Assembly: GCA_964631685.1 (NCBI GenBank) | Contig: CAZVZU010000001.1 | Span: forward strand, 96,001-160,000 | Origin: an uncultured Actinomycetes bacterium | GTDB lineage: Bacteria > SZUA-79 > Acidulodesulfobacterales > Acidulodesulfobacteraceae | Length of the DNA: 64,000 bases | Direction of reading: 5' to 3' | Shown: in pieces, positions 38,818 to 49,615 of the stretch | Layout: every line of letters begins with the position of its first letter | Position numbering within the stretch: the stretch's first letter is position 1 | The notes under the pieces: model-generated | Databases searched by the model: none | What the model was told of the DNA's origin: nothing | What the model saw: only the letters and a program-made list of their open reading frames with translations | Translations under genes and position numbers: made by a program

Positions 38818-41800
38818 ATGAAATTGAAATCTCTGTATCTGCCGCTTAAAAAGAGATTTAATCTTGTTCTATTTATTTTTTTCCTATCCATTGTCCTATC
38901 TTCTGTAACGATAACGCTCTTTGTTATATCTCCCTATTTTGCTTCCAGGGTTAAAAGCTATATCTCTATTCGCCTAACAAAAACCTTGCGGAAAAAGGTT
39001 GAAATTAAAACACTAAAGATATCCATTTTTGCACCTCAAATAGTTATGAGAGGGGTAACTATTAAGGGTGTTGCATATGCTGACAAGGTTAATCTTTTTT
39101 TCGGTCCTCTGAATTTATTCAAGAGGCAGGTAACCGTTGATAAAATAGCCATAATACGTTCTAAGTTTAATATCCTGATCAAAAATAATAAAATAGATAA
39201 TTATGAAACGGTTAATCCGGTAATAAAGTCTTTAATTGATATGTCGGATTTTTCTTTTATATCCTTTTATGTTCAAGATATTGTCTTTCATGATGCGACG
39301 CTTAGTCTAGATGATGCGGATAGGCATATTTCGTTGAACGTGGCAAAGTTTAACCTGAATATTTTCAGAAAATCCGCTTTTAATCATCTGTTTTACGGTA
39401 ACGGAGTTTATTTTAATTTCAAAATACCCCGAATATATCTATATACGCCGCATATTTCACAGATTTATAGTTCATTTGTCTATCAAGCTCATTATTTTAA
39501 CGGTTTTATAAAATTCAATGATGCACAATTTAATGGTAATTCCTTTACATCTACATCGAGCGGAGTTTTGTATTTGCAAAAAAATATACATAAGTTTTTA
39601 TCATCTTTCGCCGACCCCTTAAAACGAGCCAGCAGAACTAAAAAGGTTGTAATCGGTGATAAAGGCAAATTAGCACTATTGTTTAAGAAAATATCAGCGA
39701 TTATAAGTAAGATTAATGAGACAACAGTTGTAAACTTTAATAGACTATCCAATGTAACAAAAAATTTAAAAATAATTCCTATAAGAATAAAAGGAAAACT
39801 TAATGCTAGGTTACATTTTACTGGAGACTTTTCAAAGAAGATTAGGGCTTCAGCGTTAATTCATTTGAAAAATATTGTTTTTAATGGAGGAGATATAAAA
39901 AATGGCCTCGTAAAATGTTATGGGGACTTGGGAAATACAAGCAATAATGTGCTTAATTTTACAAAGATTGATCTTGAAATATTTAACGGGGTATTAAAAT
40001 CTAGCGGACGTATCAATTTTAGTGAAAATAACGGTAAATTTAAATCAATACTAAAAAATATAGACGCCGGCAAATTGATAGATTTTTATTATTCCGAAAA
40101 TATTCCTCAATTTAGGTCTATAGCAAGCGGTAAAGTTACTACCTATTTGAAACTTGGAAGAAATTTTTATGTTACAAATATAGAGAAACTTATTCTGAAA
40201 AAACCCGAACAGCAGTTTGAGTTTAAAAATAAAAACAGTAAAACAATTATCTATTCCATAAATTACGGAAAGCCTGCTTTGGTCAAAGGGTCCGTGATTA
40301 TTGACAGCAAGCGCGTTATCCTGCAGGATATACATGTTTCTTCGACCCAATTAAACGGGGTTTTAAACGGACATATCGACTACAATAAGAATTATTTAAA
40401 TATAAAGTTTGATGCTACTTACAATAAATTACCGACGATTAATTTTGTAGAAGCGGCTGAGAGTCGTTATTTTAAACCGGCGGGAAGTGGTGTTATGGAT
40501 GGTATTATAGCCGGTAAATTTGATAGTGTTTCTTTTTATTTTAAAAATAGATTTAAATCTCTATTTATAAATAAATATATGGACGATTACAAAGGGGTCA
40601 CGAATGTTTATGTGACACCATCTGGAGATGTAGTTTTTAAAAAGATTGATTTAGAAGAAAAGTCACATAAATTTAAAAAAGGGACCATAAATTTTAACGG
40701 ACGTATTTATGAAAGCAAAATTTTAAAAACAAGCTATATCAGCGGAATATTTAAAACAAAAAATATTCATATATTTTCAAAAAAAGAGCCATTGCCCTTA
40801 TCTCTTTATTTAAGCTCAAAGAGCAATATAAATGGTAGGCTAGCTAAATTTGCTATTAATATTCAGGCGCATATAAAAAAGGTTTATGCTTATGGGCAGA
40901 GTGCGTCCAATGTCAATTTACACGCAATGTTGACAAAAAATAATTTAGAAATAAAAAGACTCGTTGGTACGCATGACGGTGCTAGATTTAGTATTCACGG
41001 CATGCTCAGATTTAAATCGTCGCATGATCATCATTTTAATTACAATTTGCAATTATTGTCAAATGGGAATAGGTTGTCAAATTTTAACTTAAAGTTGTTC
41101 AATAAATACCATATTAAGGGAATAGCATATGCCAACCTGCATATCGGAGGATTATTTGCTTTGCCCAACATATCAGGAAAAGTGGTTGTTAAAAAGATAT
41201 ATATCAACAGCTACTCCCTTGGTGATATCAATATAGGGATTTCCTCCTCTAAAAGCAGGATGATATTACATTTGTCCGCATTAAAAAATAGCGTTAAAAC
41301 TAAAGTAGATGTTTTATTAAAAAAAGGGTATCCTTACCGCTTTACTACGGGCATAAATTTGGTCAATATTAACTATCGCAAGACGATACTCAGTCTATCC
41401 GGTGGTATCTATGGAGCCGGTAAGATGTCTGATATAAAAAATTCCGACTTATTTGCAAAATTTGGTCGTTTATATCTAAAGCATAGTCATTTTTTCTTGA
41501 AAAATACTAAAAATATAATGATTTCCTATGCAAATAGGGTGCTCAATATAAACGGATTTAAATTAAAGGGCGGGAATAATTATATTCAAATTGGAGGCAC
41601 CGTTACATCAAGAAAATATAATCTAGTAATAAATGATAAGACCGACTTGTGGGTTTTGGGATTAATATCAAATAAAATAATAAATGCATCCGGTTTTCTA
41701 AATGGTTCTGCCGTTATCTTTGGACATAGATCACATCCTAAGGTTTACGGGTTCGTTGAAGTAAAGAAAGGGTCGGCAGAAATGTCCGTGAATCCTAATT

Positions 41801-42927
41801 ATATCGTTTCAAGGGTTTTTGCAAGATTTACCTTTGACGATAATTTGTTGGTGTTGGAAAGAGCGCATTTCAGGCTTCTTAACGGTTATTTTTCGGCGCA
41901 CGGCGTAGTAAAGTTAAAAAATTTTAGACCGGCATCGTATAATATTAGAACCGATTTTGACTCTGTAATTTATAGGCAGTCCAACTATTTTTATGCCGAC
42001 ATGGACGGAAGTATAGGATATGACGGTGGCGCAGATCATGGAACCGTGTACGGAGATATTAATGTAAAAAAGGCTCTATATAACAAGAATATAGAACTTT
42101 CATCATTTCTTCTGAGCTATAAAAAATATAACATAATTAACCCAGTGGCTAAGAAAGGAGCATTTAATCCTAAACTAAATATATTAGTTAAATCAGATAA
42201 AAGTATTTTTATCAAAAATGATTTTATAAATACTACATTTAGTCTTAATTCCCATGTTATGGGAACCCTTTATTATCCTGTCTTGATTGGAACTGCCAGC
42301 GCTGAAAGTGGAGACATATATTTTAGAGGAACGAAGTTTAGACTTTCATATGCTAACATATATTTTAATAATCCTTATAGGATAAACCCTACTTTTGTCA
42401 TTGCCGCAAATACCGATATAAATCAATATGTCGTGAGAATGAACGCAAGAGGGTCTCTTTTAAACTTTAATATTAATTTTTCATCAACACCCCCACTTTC
42501 AGAGCTGGATATTGTTTCTATGTTGGCGATAGGTGCACCTGCAAGCTCTGTTTATGCCGGTTCTGCAGGAAGTATAGCTGCATCGGAAGTCGCATCGGCT
42601 ATCGGCGGGAGCGTCACTGAAAGTATAACCGGCGCTATTTCAAGCTATTTTGGATTTAAAAATCTTTCCGTTATTCCGTCTTATTCGGCTATAACCCATA
42701 GTACTGCGCCTCAAATTATGGTGACAAAAAATATAACTAAAAAAATATCTATCTCTTATAGTAATATAATATCCTCGCAATCGTCACAATCCGTGACCCT
42801 CACATACAAACTTACGCCGCATATGTCCGCGATAGGTGTCTGGGAAAATAACGAACTCACCCCGAATCATTCTAATATATATAGCGAAGTCGGTGGCAAC
42901 ATCGTTTTTCATTTTAGATTTTATTAA
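38818..42927 (+). CDS. tamB: TamB/AsmA-family translocation protein
   Basis: N-terminal TM anchor, long beta-rich body, DUF490-like C-terminus (SSTPPLSELDIVSML); adjacent to Omp85. Confidence 0.82.
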   Translation: MKLKSLYLPLKKRFNLVLFIFFLSIVLSSVTITLFVISPYFASRVKSYISIRLTKTLRKKVEIKTLKISIFAPQIVMRGVTIKGVAYADKVNLFFGPLNLFKRQVTVDKIAIIRSKFNILIKNNKIDNYETVNPVIKSLIDMSDFSFISFYVQDIVFHDATLSLDDADRHISLNVAKFNLNIFRKSAFNHLFYGNGVYFNFKIPRIYLYTPHISQIYSSFVYQAHYFNGFIKFNDAQFNGNSFTSTSSGVLYLQKNIHKFLSSFADPLKRASRTKKVVIGDKGKLALLFKKISAIISKINETTVVNFNRLSNVTKNLKIIPIRIKGKLNARLHFTGDFSKKIRASALIHLKNIVFNGGDIKNGLVKCYGDLGNTSNNVLNFTKIDLEIFNGVLKSSGRINFSENNGKFKSILKNIDAGKLIDFYYSENIPQFRSIASGKVTTYLKLGRNFYVTNIEKLILKKPEQQFEFKNKNSKTIIYSINYGKPALVKGSVIIDSKRVILQDIHVSSTQLNGVLNGHIDYNKNYLNIKFDATYNKLPTINFVEAAESRYFKPAGSGVMDGIIAGKFDSVSFYFKNRFKSLFINKYMDDYKGVTNVYVTPSGDVVFKKIDLEEKSHKFKKGTINFNGRIYESKILKTSYISGIFKTKNIHIFSKKEPLPLSLYLSSKSNINGRLAKFAINIQAHIKKVYAYGQSASNVNLHAMLTKNNLEIKRLVGTHDGARFSIHGMLRFKSSHDHHFNYNLQLLSNGNRLSNFNLKLFNKYHIKGIAYANLHIGGLFALPNISGKVVVKKIYINSYSLGDINIGISSSKSRMILHLSALKNSVKTKVDVLLKKGYPYRFTTGINLVNINYRKTILSLSGGIYGAGKMSDIKNSDLFAKFGRLYLKHSHFFLKNTKNIMISYANRVLNINGFKLKGGNNYIQIGGTVTSRKYNLVINDKTDLWVLGLISNKIINASGFLNGSAVIFGHRSHPKVYGFVEVKKGSAEMSVNPNYIVSRVFARFTFDDNLLVLERAHFRLLNGYFSAHGVVKLKNFRPASYNIRTDFDSVIYRQSNYFYADMDGSIGYDGGADHGTVYGDINVKKALYNKNIELSSFLLSYKKYNIINPVAKKGAFNPKLNILVKSDKSIFIKNDFINTTFSLNSHVMGTLYYPVLIGTASAESGDIYFRGTKFRLSYANIYFNNPYRINPTFVIAANTDINQYVVRMNARGSLLNFNINFSSTPPLSELDIVSMLAIGAPASSVYAGSAGSIAASEVASAIGGSVTESITGAISSYFGFKNLSVIPSYSAITHSTAPQIMVTKNITKKISISYSNIISSQSSQSVTLTYKLTPHMSAIGVWENNELTPNHSNIYSEVGGNIVFHFRFY

Positions 42928-42981
42928 AAAAGTGTTAAAATTTAAGCGAGTTCTCGCTTTGTCATAAAAACAACGGCTATA

Positions 42982-45870
42982 GTGATAATTTTTATTTATA
43001 TTTACCGCTCATATTATTTATACATATTACATACAATGCTCAAGTTTAGCCATTTAAAAAATATCACCGCGTTACTTTTCTTGATATTATTTTGTATTGA
43101 TTTCTTTGCTTTCGGGTATTTACCTGGTGCTACAGCCTCCGGTTTATCTGACATTACCGCAAATCATAGTATATATAACATTCCATCTGAACGATATAGG
43201 GTTAAGTCTGTAGACTATCTATTACCGCGGGATATTCCTATCCGAGATATTGAAAATCTTTTTTTAATAAAAAGTGGGCAGATGTTTTCAATGTATCGTC
43301 TTGAAAAAACCATAAAAATGCTTTATTCCACTAACTATTTTTCTAACATTATGGTTTTTTCAAAGATAAATAGAAAGCAAGAATACATGCACTTAAAATT
43401 TATTTTTGTTCGGCGTGTTTATATAAAGAAAGTGCATGTGAATGGACTTAAGGATACGGATGTACCTGATAAATATATATTAAAATTAATCCCATTGAAG
43501 GATGGCGGCCAATTTTTCAAATACTATAAGAAAAGAAGTATAGGGGCAATAAAAAAGGCAATGTACAGGTTCGGTTATCCGGATGCCAATGTAAATATTT
43601 CATCATATATTTTAAGAAAATTTAAAAAATATGTCATAAATATTAATATAACACCAAATGATCCAGTTATTATTTCAAAAGTTTTTGTTAAATATAAGGT
43701 CTTTTACCCTAAGAAAAAAGTTTTAATGTTTATTAATAGTGTCACAGGAAAGCCTTTGAATAAATTTTTAGTTAAAAAATTGGCAAAACAAATTAAGGCT
43801 ATCTATTACGATAATGGCTACCTTAACGCTGTTATACCTGCGCCTGAAATCAAATACCTTTCAAGGTTTAAAGCCGTTATAATCGTCAAAGTTCACCCTG
43901 GCAACAAGTTTATCTTCCATTTCAAGGGAATCAGTCCATTAAAACCAGATTTCATTAAGGAATCGGTGCTTAATTTTAATAATGTTTTTATATTTAATAA
44001 AGGCATGTTTGCCACGTTTAAGACAGTGCTGACAAATTTTTACGCAAGAAAGGGGTATTTTTACGCAAGGATCCATCTTCGAGTAAAAAAGGATATTAAT
44101 AATAGGACAATAAGCGTGTATTATGTGATAAATAAGGGTTATAGGGTTGCTATCAGGAATATTATCATCAAAGGCAGTGAACCGTTCGGTAAATCAACGA
44201 TATTGTCATTGATGAAAACGCGTGTTACAACTATCTTTGACCACGAATATTTTAATAAAATAAGGCTTGCTGATGATATGGTCAATATAGAAAATTATTA
44301 TAATAACAAGGGTTATGTCACTGCTGAGGTTTCCGATGACTCAATCTTGAGTAAAGATAAAAAGAGCGTGATCGTAAGGGTTGTTATAAAGAAAGGGATT
44401 AGGACTTATGTAAAAAATATTACTATAACCGGTTTACCGCCCGATAGTAAGACGAAAGATTTAATTGGCTACTTTAACAGCATGCGGAATAAGCCGTTTT
44501 ATATCATTAAGGCAGAGAATGGTAAGAACCTACTTTCCACAAGGCTTGCAAATTCAGGGTATGTTTTTTCAAAAGTGCGCCTTCGTGTTAAATATGGGAA
44601 AACTAAAAATGGTAGATATGTCTATCTGCATTATGATATCGAAAGTGGTCCGCTTACGAGGATTAACCATATAATAATACTAGGAAACACAGTTACACAG
44701 ACGGCTTATATTAAGGGATTTCTTTTGTTTAAAAAAGGAGAAATTTATAATCAAAAAAATATAATTGAAACACAAAATAGGTTATACAGAGCGGGGATAT
44801 TTAATTATGTGAGTATTAATATCGAAAACCCACAAAATATTGAGCCGTATAAAAATATAATCGTTAAAGTGAAAGATGCAAAGTCTGTTTTTTTAAATTT
44901 TGGCGCAGGTTATGGAACATATGTCAGATATAGGGGATTTGCGCAGATTGAGGATAGTAATCTTCTAGGTTCAGGTAAATCTTTGTCTGCTATATTTTCT
45001 GAAAGTTCTATTTATACAAATTTACTTTTAGACTATTACGACCCCGCTATTTATAACTACAGAGGTCTTGCTTTTAATGTTAAGGGATTAGATACCGATA
45101 TCATTACCTTAAATTATAGACTCCATAAAGAAGGTGGCATTTTTTCTTTAATAAGGCGGTTTAACGCTAATCTAAAGGGATTATTCTCATATGAAATATT
45201 TTATAACACTCTGTCCGGCTTGAACCCTGGCGCACAGACTAACACGAGGGATATAGGATTTACTAAAATAGACGCTATTTCGTCATCCGTTATTTATAAT
45301 ACCAAAAACAATATGTTAAATCCTACTTCGGGAATTCTAACTACGTTAAAACTGACTTACTCTGCCTCATTATTAGGATCTCAGATAAATTTTGTAAAAT
45401 TATTTTTTCATACCGAGCAGTTTATTCCGTTTATTTTTCACACAGTGTTCTTGTATTCCCTACGTCTCGGCTATATTAAACCCCTATCGCCAACTACTCG
45501 TGTACCTATAGATGAAAGATTTTTTTTGGGTGGAAGAACTACGGTTAGAGGATTTCCGCAGGATTCGATAGGGCTTATAGGTTTAAATTCTTATCATTAC
45601 CCTATTGGTGGGGATATCATGGAGAACTATAATCTTCAGCTAAATATTCCGGTTTACGGTGGTTTTAATTTTTTTATATTTCAAGATGGTGGAAATGTGT
45701 TCTCGAATATTCGAAAACTTAGCCTGTTTGCTTTGTATAAATCGGTCGGGGCAGGTATAATGTATATGTCTCCAATAGGACCTGTTAGTTTTTCTTATGG
45801 TTTTATTCTAAATAGAAAACCTTATTGGCCCTCGGGTGGGATTAATTTTACGATTGGCACATCTTTTTGA
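42982..45870 (+). CDS. Omp85-family outer membrane assembly factor (BamA/TamA-like, multiple POTRA domains)
   Basis: ERFFLGGRTTVRGF, SPIGPV, terminal FTIGTSF. Confidence 0.9.
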   Translation: MIIFIYIYRSYYLYILHTMLKFSHLKNITALLFLILFCIDFFAFGYLPGATASGLSDITANHSIYNIPSERYRVKSVDYLLPRDIPIRDIENLFLIKSGQMFSMYRLEKTIKMLYSTNYFSNIMVFSKINRKQEYMHLKFIFVRRVYIKKVHVNGLKDTDVPDKYILKLIPLKDGGQFFKYYKKRSIGAIKKAMYRFGYPDANVNISSYILRKFKKYVININITPNDPVIISKVFVKYKVFYPKKKVLMFINSVTGKPLNKFLVKKLAKQIKAIYYDNGYLNAVIPAPEIKYLSRFKAVIIVKVHPGNKFIFHFKGISPLKPDFIKESVLNFNNVFIFNKGMFATFKTVLTNFYARKGYFYARIHLRVKKDINNRTISVYYVINKGYRVAIRNIIIKGSEPFGKSTILSLMKTRVTTIFDHEYFNKIRLADDMVNIENYYNNKGYVTAEVSDDSILSKDKKSVIVRVVIKKGIRTYVKNITITGLPPDSKTKDLIGYFNSMRNKPFYIIKAENGKNLLSTRLANSGYVFSKVRLRVKYGKTKNGRYVYLHYDIESGPLTRINHIIILGNTVTQTAYIKGFLLFKKGEIYNQKNIIETQNRLYRAGIFNYVSINIENPQNIEPYKNIIVKVKDAKSVFLNFGAGYGTYVRYRGFAQIEDSNLLGSGKSLSAIFSESSIYTNLLLDYYDPAIYNYRGLAFNVKGLDTDIITLNYRLHKEGGIFSLIRRFNANLKGLFSYEIFYNTLSGLNPGAQTNTRDIGFTKIDAISSSVIYNTKNNMLNPTSGILTTLKLTYSASLLGSQINFVKLFFHTEQFIPFIFHTVFLYSLRLGYIKPLSPTTRVPIDERFFLGGRTTVRGFPQDSIGLIGLNSYHYPIGGDIMENYNLQLNIPVYGGFNFFIFQDGGNVFSNIRKLSLFALYKSVGAGIMYMSPIGPVSFSYGFILNRKPYWPSGGINFTIGTSF

Positions 45871-45880
45871 ATTGAAATTA

Positions 45881-47245
45881 ATGAAAATCAGTAAAAATGG
45901 ATTAAAAAAGGGATTTTCTACCGGGAGCGTGAGCACTGCGGCTATAAAAGCCTCGTTAAGATATTATTTTAAGCGGCAAGAATTTTTGGATATTAAAATA
46001 AATATGCCGGGTGAAGAATATGTTTCGCTTGGCGTTACAAGGCTTTTTGGCGGAAAATTTGGACTTTCTACTGCCGTAGTAATCAAGGATTCAGGCGATG
46101 ACCCTGACGTTACAAATGGTATAAAAATATGCGCCGATTTTATGACAATATGCGATGCAAACAATATTGTTGATATGTTTTTTAAGGAATTAGGGCAGAG
46201 TGCAAGTATCGTTGGCAATGATAAAAATGATAATACGACGTTATGTTTATATGAAAAAATAAGCAGGGCAATAATGGATCGATTGCCGAGGGATATGAAA
46301 AAATATTATGAAAAATTATATATTTATAATATAATAAAGCACTCTGGGTTTATGCTTGTATTGGCATCTTCTATCGGTATCGGTATAGTCGGTAGGCGCG
46401 GTTTGCCGGTCAAGCCCGGTTTTCCCGCCATTAATCCAATTCCATCTAAGATGATAGAGTGGGCGGTGAAAGAAGAGATAGACTCTTTGAGGGGCGGACG
46501 GGTAATCAAAAAACAATTAAATGACGCTTCTCGCGTGTGGTTGTCCGTTCTTTACATTCCGGACGGTGCTGTTGTTGCAGAAAAAACATTAAATCCAAGG
46601 TTGGGTATTAATGGCGGAATTAGTGTTTTAGGGACTACCGGTTATGTTATCCCGATATCCACTAAAGCGTGGCTAGAGACTATAAAAGCATCGCTTGTTT
46701 TCTTGTCAGAGAATGGGATTGAGGAATGTATATATACGCCCGGAAGGTTTAGTGAAAAAATAGCTATAAAGCTATTTAAAGATATGCCAAAGGAAAGTTT
46801 TATAGAAATAGGAGATTATGTGTCTTATTCTCTAAGGAAGGCCGGTCAACATGCTATAAAAAAGATTATTTTTGTAGGGCAATTCGGAAAAATAGTAAAG
46901 ATTTTACAGGGAGCAAGAAATACAAACGCTAAATATGGCAGTTTAGATTTAGGATATTTAAGCGCTTCGGTAAGGGCAACTTTAGAAGAATATACAGATA
47001 TGTCCGATAGCTTTATTGGCGATTTATGTAATAAAATAACAAATTCTAATACGTCAAGACAGGCATACGGTTATATTTTGTCACTTTCTGATCTCAATGC
47101 GTCGTTGCCGAATAGGATTTTTTATAATGTTATAAGAACAGCAAGGAAAAATTTAATTAGAATGGCAGGAAAACTGATAAATGTTGATATTGTGCTTCTA
47201 TCATATGAAGGCAAAAGTTTAGTTTCCACATTAAATTACTCATAA
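45881..47245 (+). CDS. cbiD: Cobalt-precorrin-5B C1-methyltransferase
   Basis: GFSTG, KDSGDDPDVTNG, TLNPRLGINGGISVLGTTG; start trimmed to ATG 45881. Confidence 0.94.
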   Translation: MKISKNGLKKGFSTGSVSTAAIKASLRYYFKRQEFLDIKINMPGEEYVSLGVTRLFGGKFGLSTAVVIKDSGDDPDVTNGIKICADFMTICDANNIVDMFFKELGQSASIVGNDKNDNTTLCLYEKISRAIMDRLPRDMKKYYEKLYIYNIIKHSGFMLVLASSIGIGIVGRRGLPVKPGFPAINPIPSKMIEWAVKEEIDSLRGGRVIKKQLNDASRVWLSVLYIPDGAVVAEKTLNPRLGINGGISVLGTTGYVIPISTKAWLETIKASLVFLSENGIEECIYTPGRFSEKIAIKLFKDMPKESFIEIGDYVSYSLRKAGQHAIKKIIFVGQFGKIVKILQGARNTNAKYGSLDLGYLSASVRATLEEYTDMSDSFIGDLCNKITNSNTSRQAYGYILSLSDLNASLPNRIFYNVIRTARKNLIRMAGKLINVDIVLLSYEGKSLVSTLNYS

Positions 47246-47289
47246 GGGATCTCTCGTTGCGTGAGAGTGGCAGGATAAGGAGAATAGAA

Positions 47290-48771
47290 ATGGCTAAAAA
47301 GGTTCATGTATTAGGAATTTTGCCATGCTACATAGAAAACGGCAAAAAAATAGCCCTGCGTTTATTTACAGATAAGACTGAACGAGTAGATGTCGTGTTT
47401 GCAAGACAAGGGGACATAGGCGTGTTAGAATGGCTCAAGGAACAGCTTTCTGCCATTAACAAGGGTATAAATATTGAACGAAGTGGAAAATTGACACATA
47501 TAAACAATGCTATGATATTTTACGATAGCAAGGTCGGATTCATATTTGATTACATAAAAGAAAACATCGGCAAAAAAAATATCCTTGTATTCGCAGACGG
47601 AGACCCAAATTTTTTTGGAATAGGCGGGGGTATTTTAAATGAATTAAAAGCGAATGAAAAAAGATTAGTTGAAATATATCCGTCCTTTAACTTTATGCAG
47701 ATAGGGTTTTCCAAGCTGAAAATATCAATGACAGACTCATATATTGTTAGTCTTCACGGGCGGAATTTAAGAAACCTGTACGATGCTTTATATTCACAAA
47801 AAGACAGTATAGGTATTTACACAGATAGCATTAATACGCCACATAAAATATACGCAGAACTAGAAGAAAAAGGCTTTATAGATGAGTTTAATTTTTATGT
47901 ATTAGCCGATTTATGCTCCAAAAACGAAAAGATATATAAAAGCTTTACGAAAGAAATATTTGAAAGTTTATCCAATAGAAAAAATATAGTCATAATTGAA
48001 AAGAAAAGGACGGTTAAAACAAAAAAAAACAATGAGCTTAATTTTAAAAGCAGATTTCATGGTCGATCTCAGAATAAAAAAGGGAATCCAAAACAAAATC
48101 GTATTTTTGGTATTGAGGATGAAGAATATTTTTATTTGGCTGGAGAACCTACTAAAAAGGAGATTAGAGCAATAAGTATAAGCATGATGAACCTGAAAAA
48201 GGATTCTGTTATAATAGATGCTGGATGTGGTAGTGGAAGTATTAGCATAGAGGCTTCTGCAATATCCGACGGCGGTATCGTATATGCTATTGACAAAAAC
48301 GAAGCCAAGATTGAAAATCTCAAAAAAAATATAAAAAAATTTCAAAGGCCTAATATAGTTCCTATATTAGGCAGATTACCAGAAACATTTCACATGTTTA
48401 AAAAGGCGGATAATATCGATATTTTTACGCCGGATGCTGTGTTTATAGGGGGAGGAAGCAAGGATCTTGAAAATATTCTTACAGAATCGTTTCGTGTATT
48501 AAATAATGATGGCGCTGTTGTGGTGAACAGTATATTGTTAAGTTCGTTTAACAATGTGATGTCTTATATTAATAAATTCAATCTTAGTAATAAAAGCAAA
48601 ATTAGGATTAAGTATGATGTTATAACCGTCAATATCTCAAGGCTAAAAACAATCAATGAATCTGATTCCTACTTTCATCCTCTCAATCAGATTTATATTA
48701 CCAGGTTGGTTAAATATAGTAAAACAGGTTTTAAATTTGAAAATAAAAATATAAAGCCTTCTTCCCCTTGA
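47290..48771 (+). CDS. cbiET: Bifunctional precorrin-6Y C5,15-methyltransferase (CbiE-CbiT fusion)
   Basis: GDPNFFGIG, SLHGR, TKKEIRA, DAGCGSGSISIE. Confidence 0.9.
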   Translation: MAKKVHVLGILPCYIENGKKIALRLFTDKTERVDVVFARQGDIGVLEWLKEQLSAINKGINIERSGKLTHINNAMIFYDSKVGFIFDYIKENIGKKNILVFADGDPNFFGIGGGILNELKANEKRLVEIYPSFNFMQIGFSKLKISMTDSYIVSLHGRNLRNLYDALYSQKDSIGIYTDSINTPHKIYAELEEKGFIDEFNFYVLADLCSKNEKIYKSFTKEIFESLSNRKNIVIIEKKRTVKTKKNNELNFKSRFHGRSQNKKGNPKQNRIFGIEDEEYFYLAGEPTKKEIRAISISMMNLKKDSVIIDAGCGSGSISIEASAISDGGIVYAIDKNEAKIENLKKNIKKFQRPNIVPILGRLPETFHMFKKADNIDIFTPDAVFIGGGSKDLENILTESFRVLNNDGAVVVNSILLSSFNNVMSYINKFNLSNKSKIRIKYDVITVNISRLKTINESDSYFHPLNQIYITRLVKYSKTGFKFENKNIKPSSP

Positions 48772-48802
48772 TAATACTGGGTTATGGCAGGAGTGTGCAG
48801 TC

Positions 48803-49615
48803 ATTGATAAGTTAAATGTATTAAATGCCGTCGGCGTAGGAACAGGAGACCCCGAGTTACTTACAATAAAAGCCATTAACGCCCTTAAGGGTAGCGATTT
48901 TATATTTTATCCAGCGGTAATTTCCGGGCAAAATAAGATTGCTTACGATATCCTGAAAGGTGTTATGGATTTGCCTGGGCAGGGAGATTGGACAATTACA
49001 GAAGATAGGCTAATTCCTCTTGATGTCGAAATGAAGATGTCCAGGGGCAGAAATAGCGATCTTTATAAGGGTAATGCGTTAAGTATTATAAATAAATTAA
49101 AAGAAGGAGTTTGTTCTTATATAACAGTCGGCGACCCTATGTTCTACAGTACGTTTTGGGGTTTGTATAATGCTGTTAAAAATGAAGCGGCAGAAAATAA
49201 TACAAATTTAAAAATCAATATTATCAGCGGAATATCATCTTTTAATTATTCTTTGAATTTAATTGGCGAGCCTTATATAATAAAGAACAGTTCGGTTTTT
49301 ATAACGGTTCCCATCGGTAAGGGTTTAAAAGAAACGAAAGATGAGATAAATTTTATGGCGACAAAAATTGCAAAACCTCAGGTTATTATATTTATGAAAG
49401 CGGGCGCGTATGTACAAAATATTTTAGAAATTTTTAAAAATTTATATTACGATAGTTTTCGCAAAGGAAAGTTAAGATTATATTTGATAGAAAAATCAAA
49501 ACTTTTAGACGATTTTTGTGATAGCGAACTAAACATTATTAGAGCAAATACGAATAGAGAAGATTTAGGGATTAAATTTGATTATTTTTCTATTCTGATA
49601 GGTGTGTTTTTATGA
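48803..49615 (+). CDS. cbiL: Precorrin-2 C20-methyltransferase; N-terminus extends upstream of the ORF-track ATG, probable ATT start
   Basis: In-frame AVGVGTGDPELLTIKA upstream of ATG 48965; GDPMFYSTF; ISGISS. Confidence 0.82.
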   Translation: MDKLNVLNAVGVGTGDPELLTIKAINALKGSDFIFYPAVISGQNKIAYDILKGVMDLPGQGDWTITEDRLIPLDVEMKMSRGRNSDLYKGNALSIINKLKEGVCSYITVGDPMFYSTFWGLYNAVKNEAAENNTNLKINIISGISSFNYSLNLIGEPYIIKNSSVFITVPIGKGLKETKDEINFMATKIAKPQVIIFMKAGAYVQNILEIFKNLYYDSFRKGKLRLYLIEKSKLLDDFCDSELNIIRANTNREDLGIKFDYFSILIGVFL

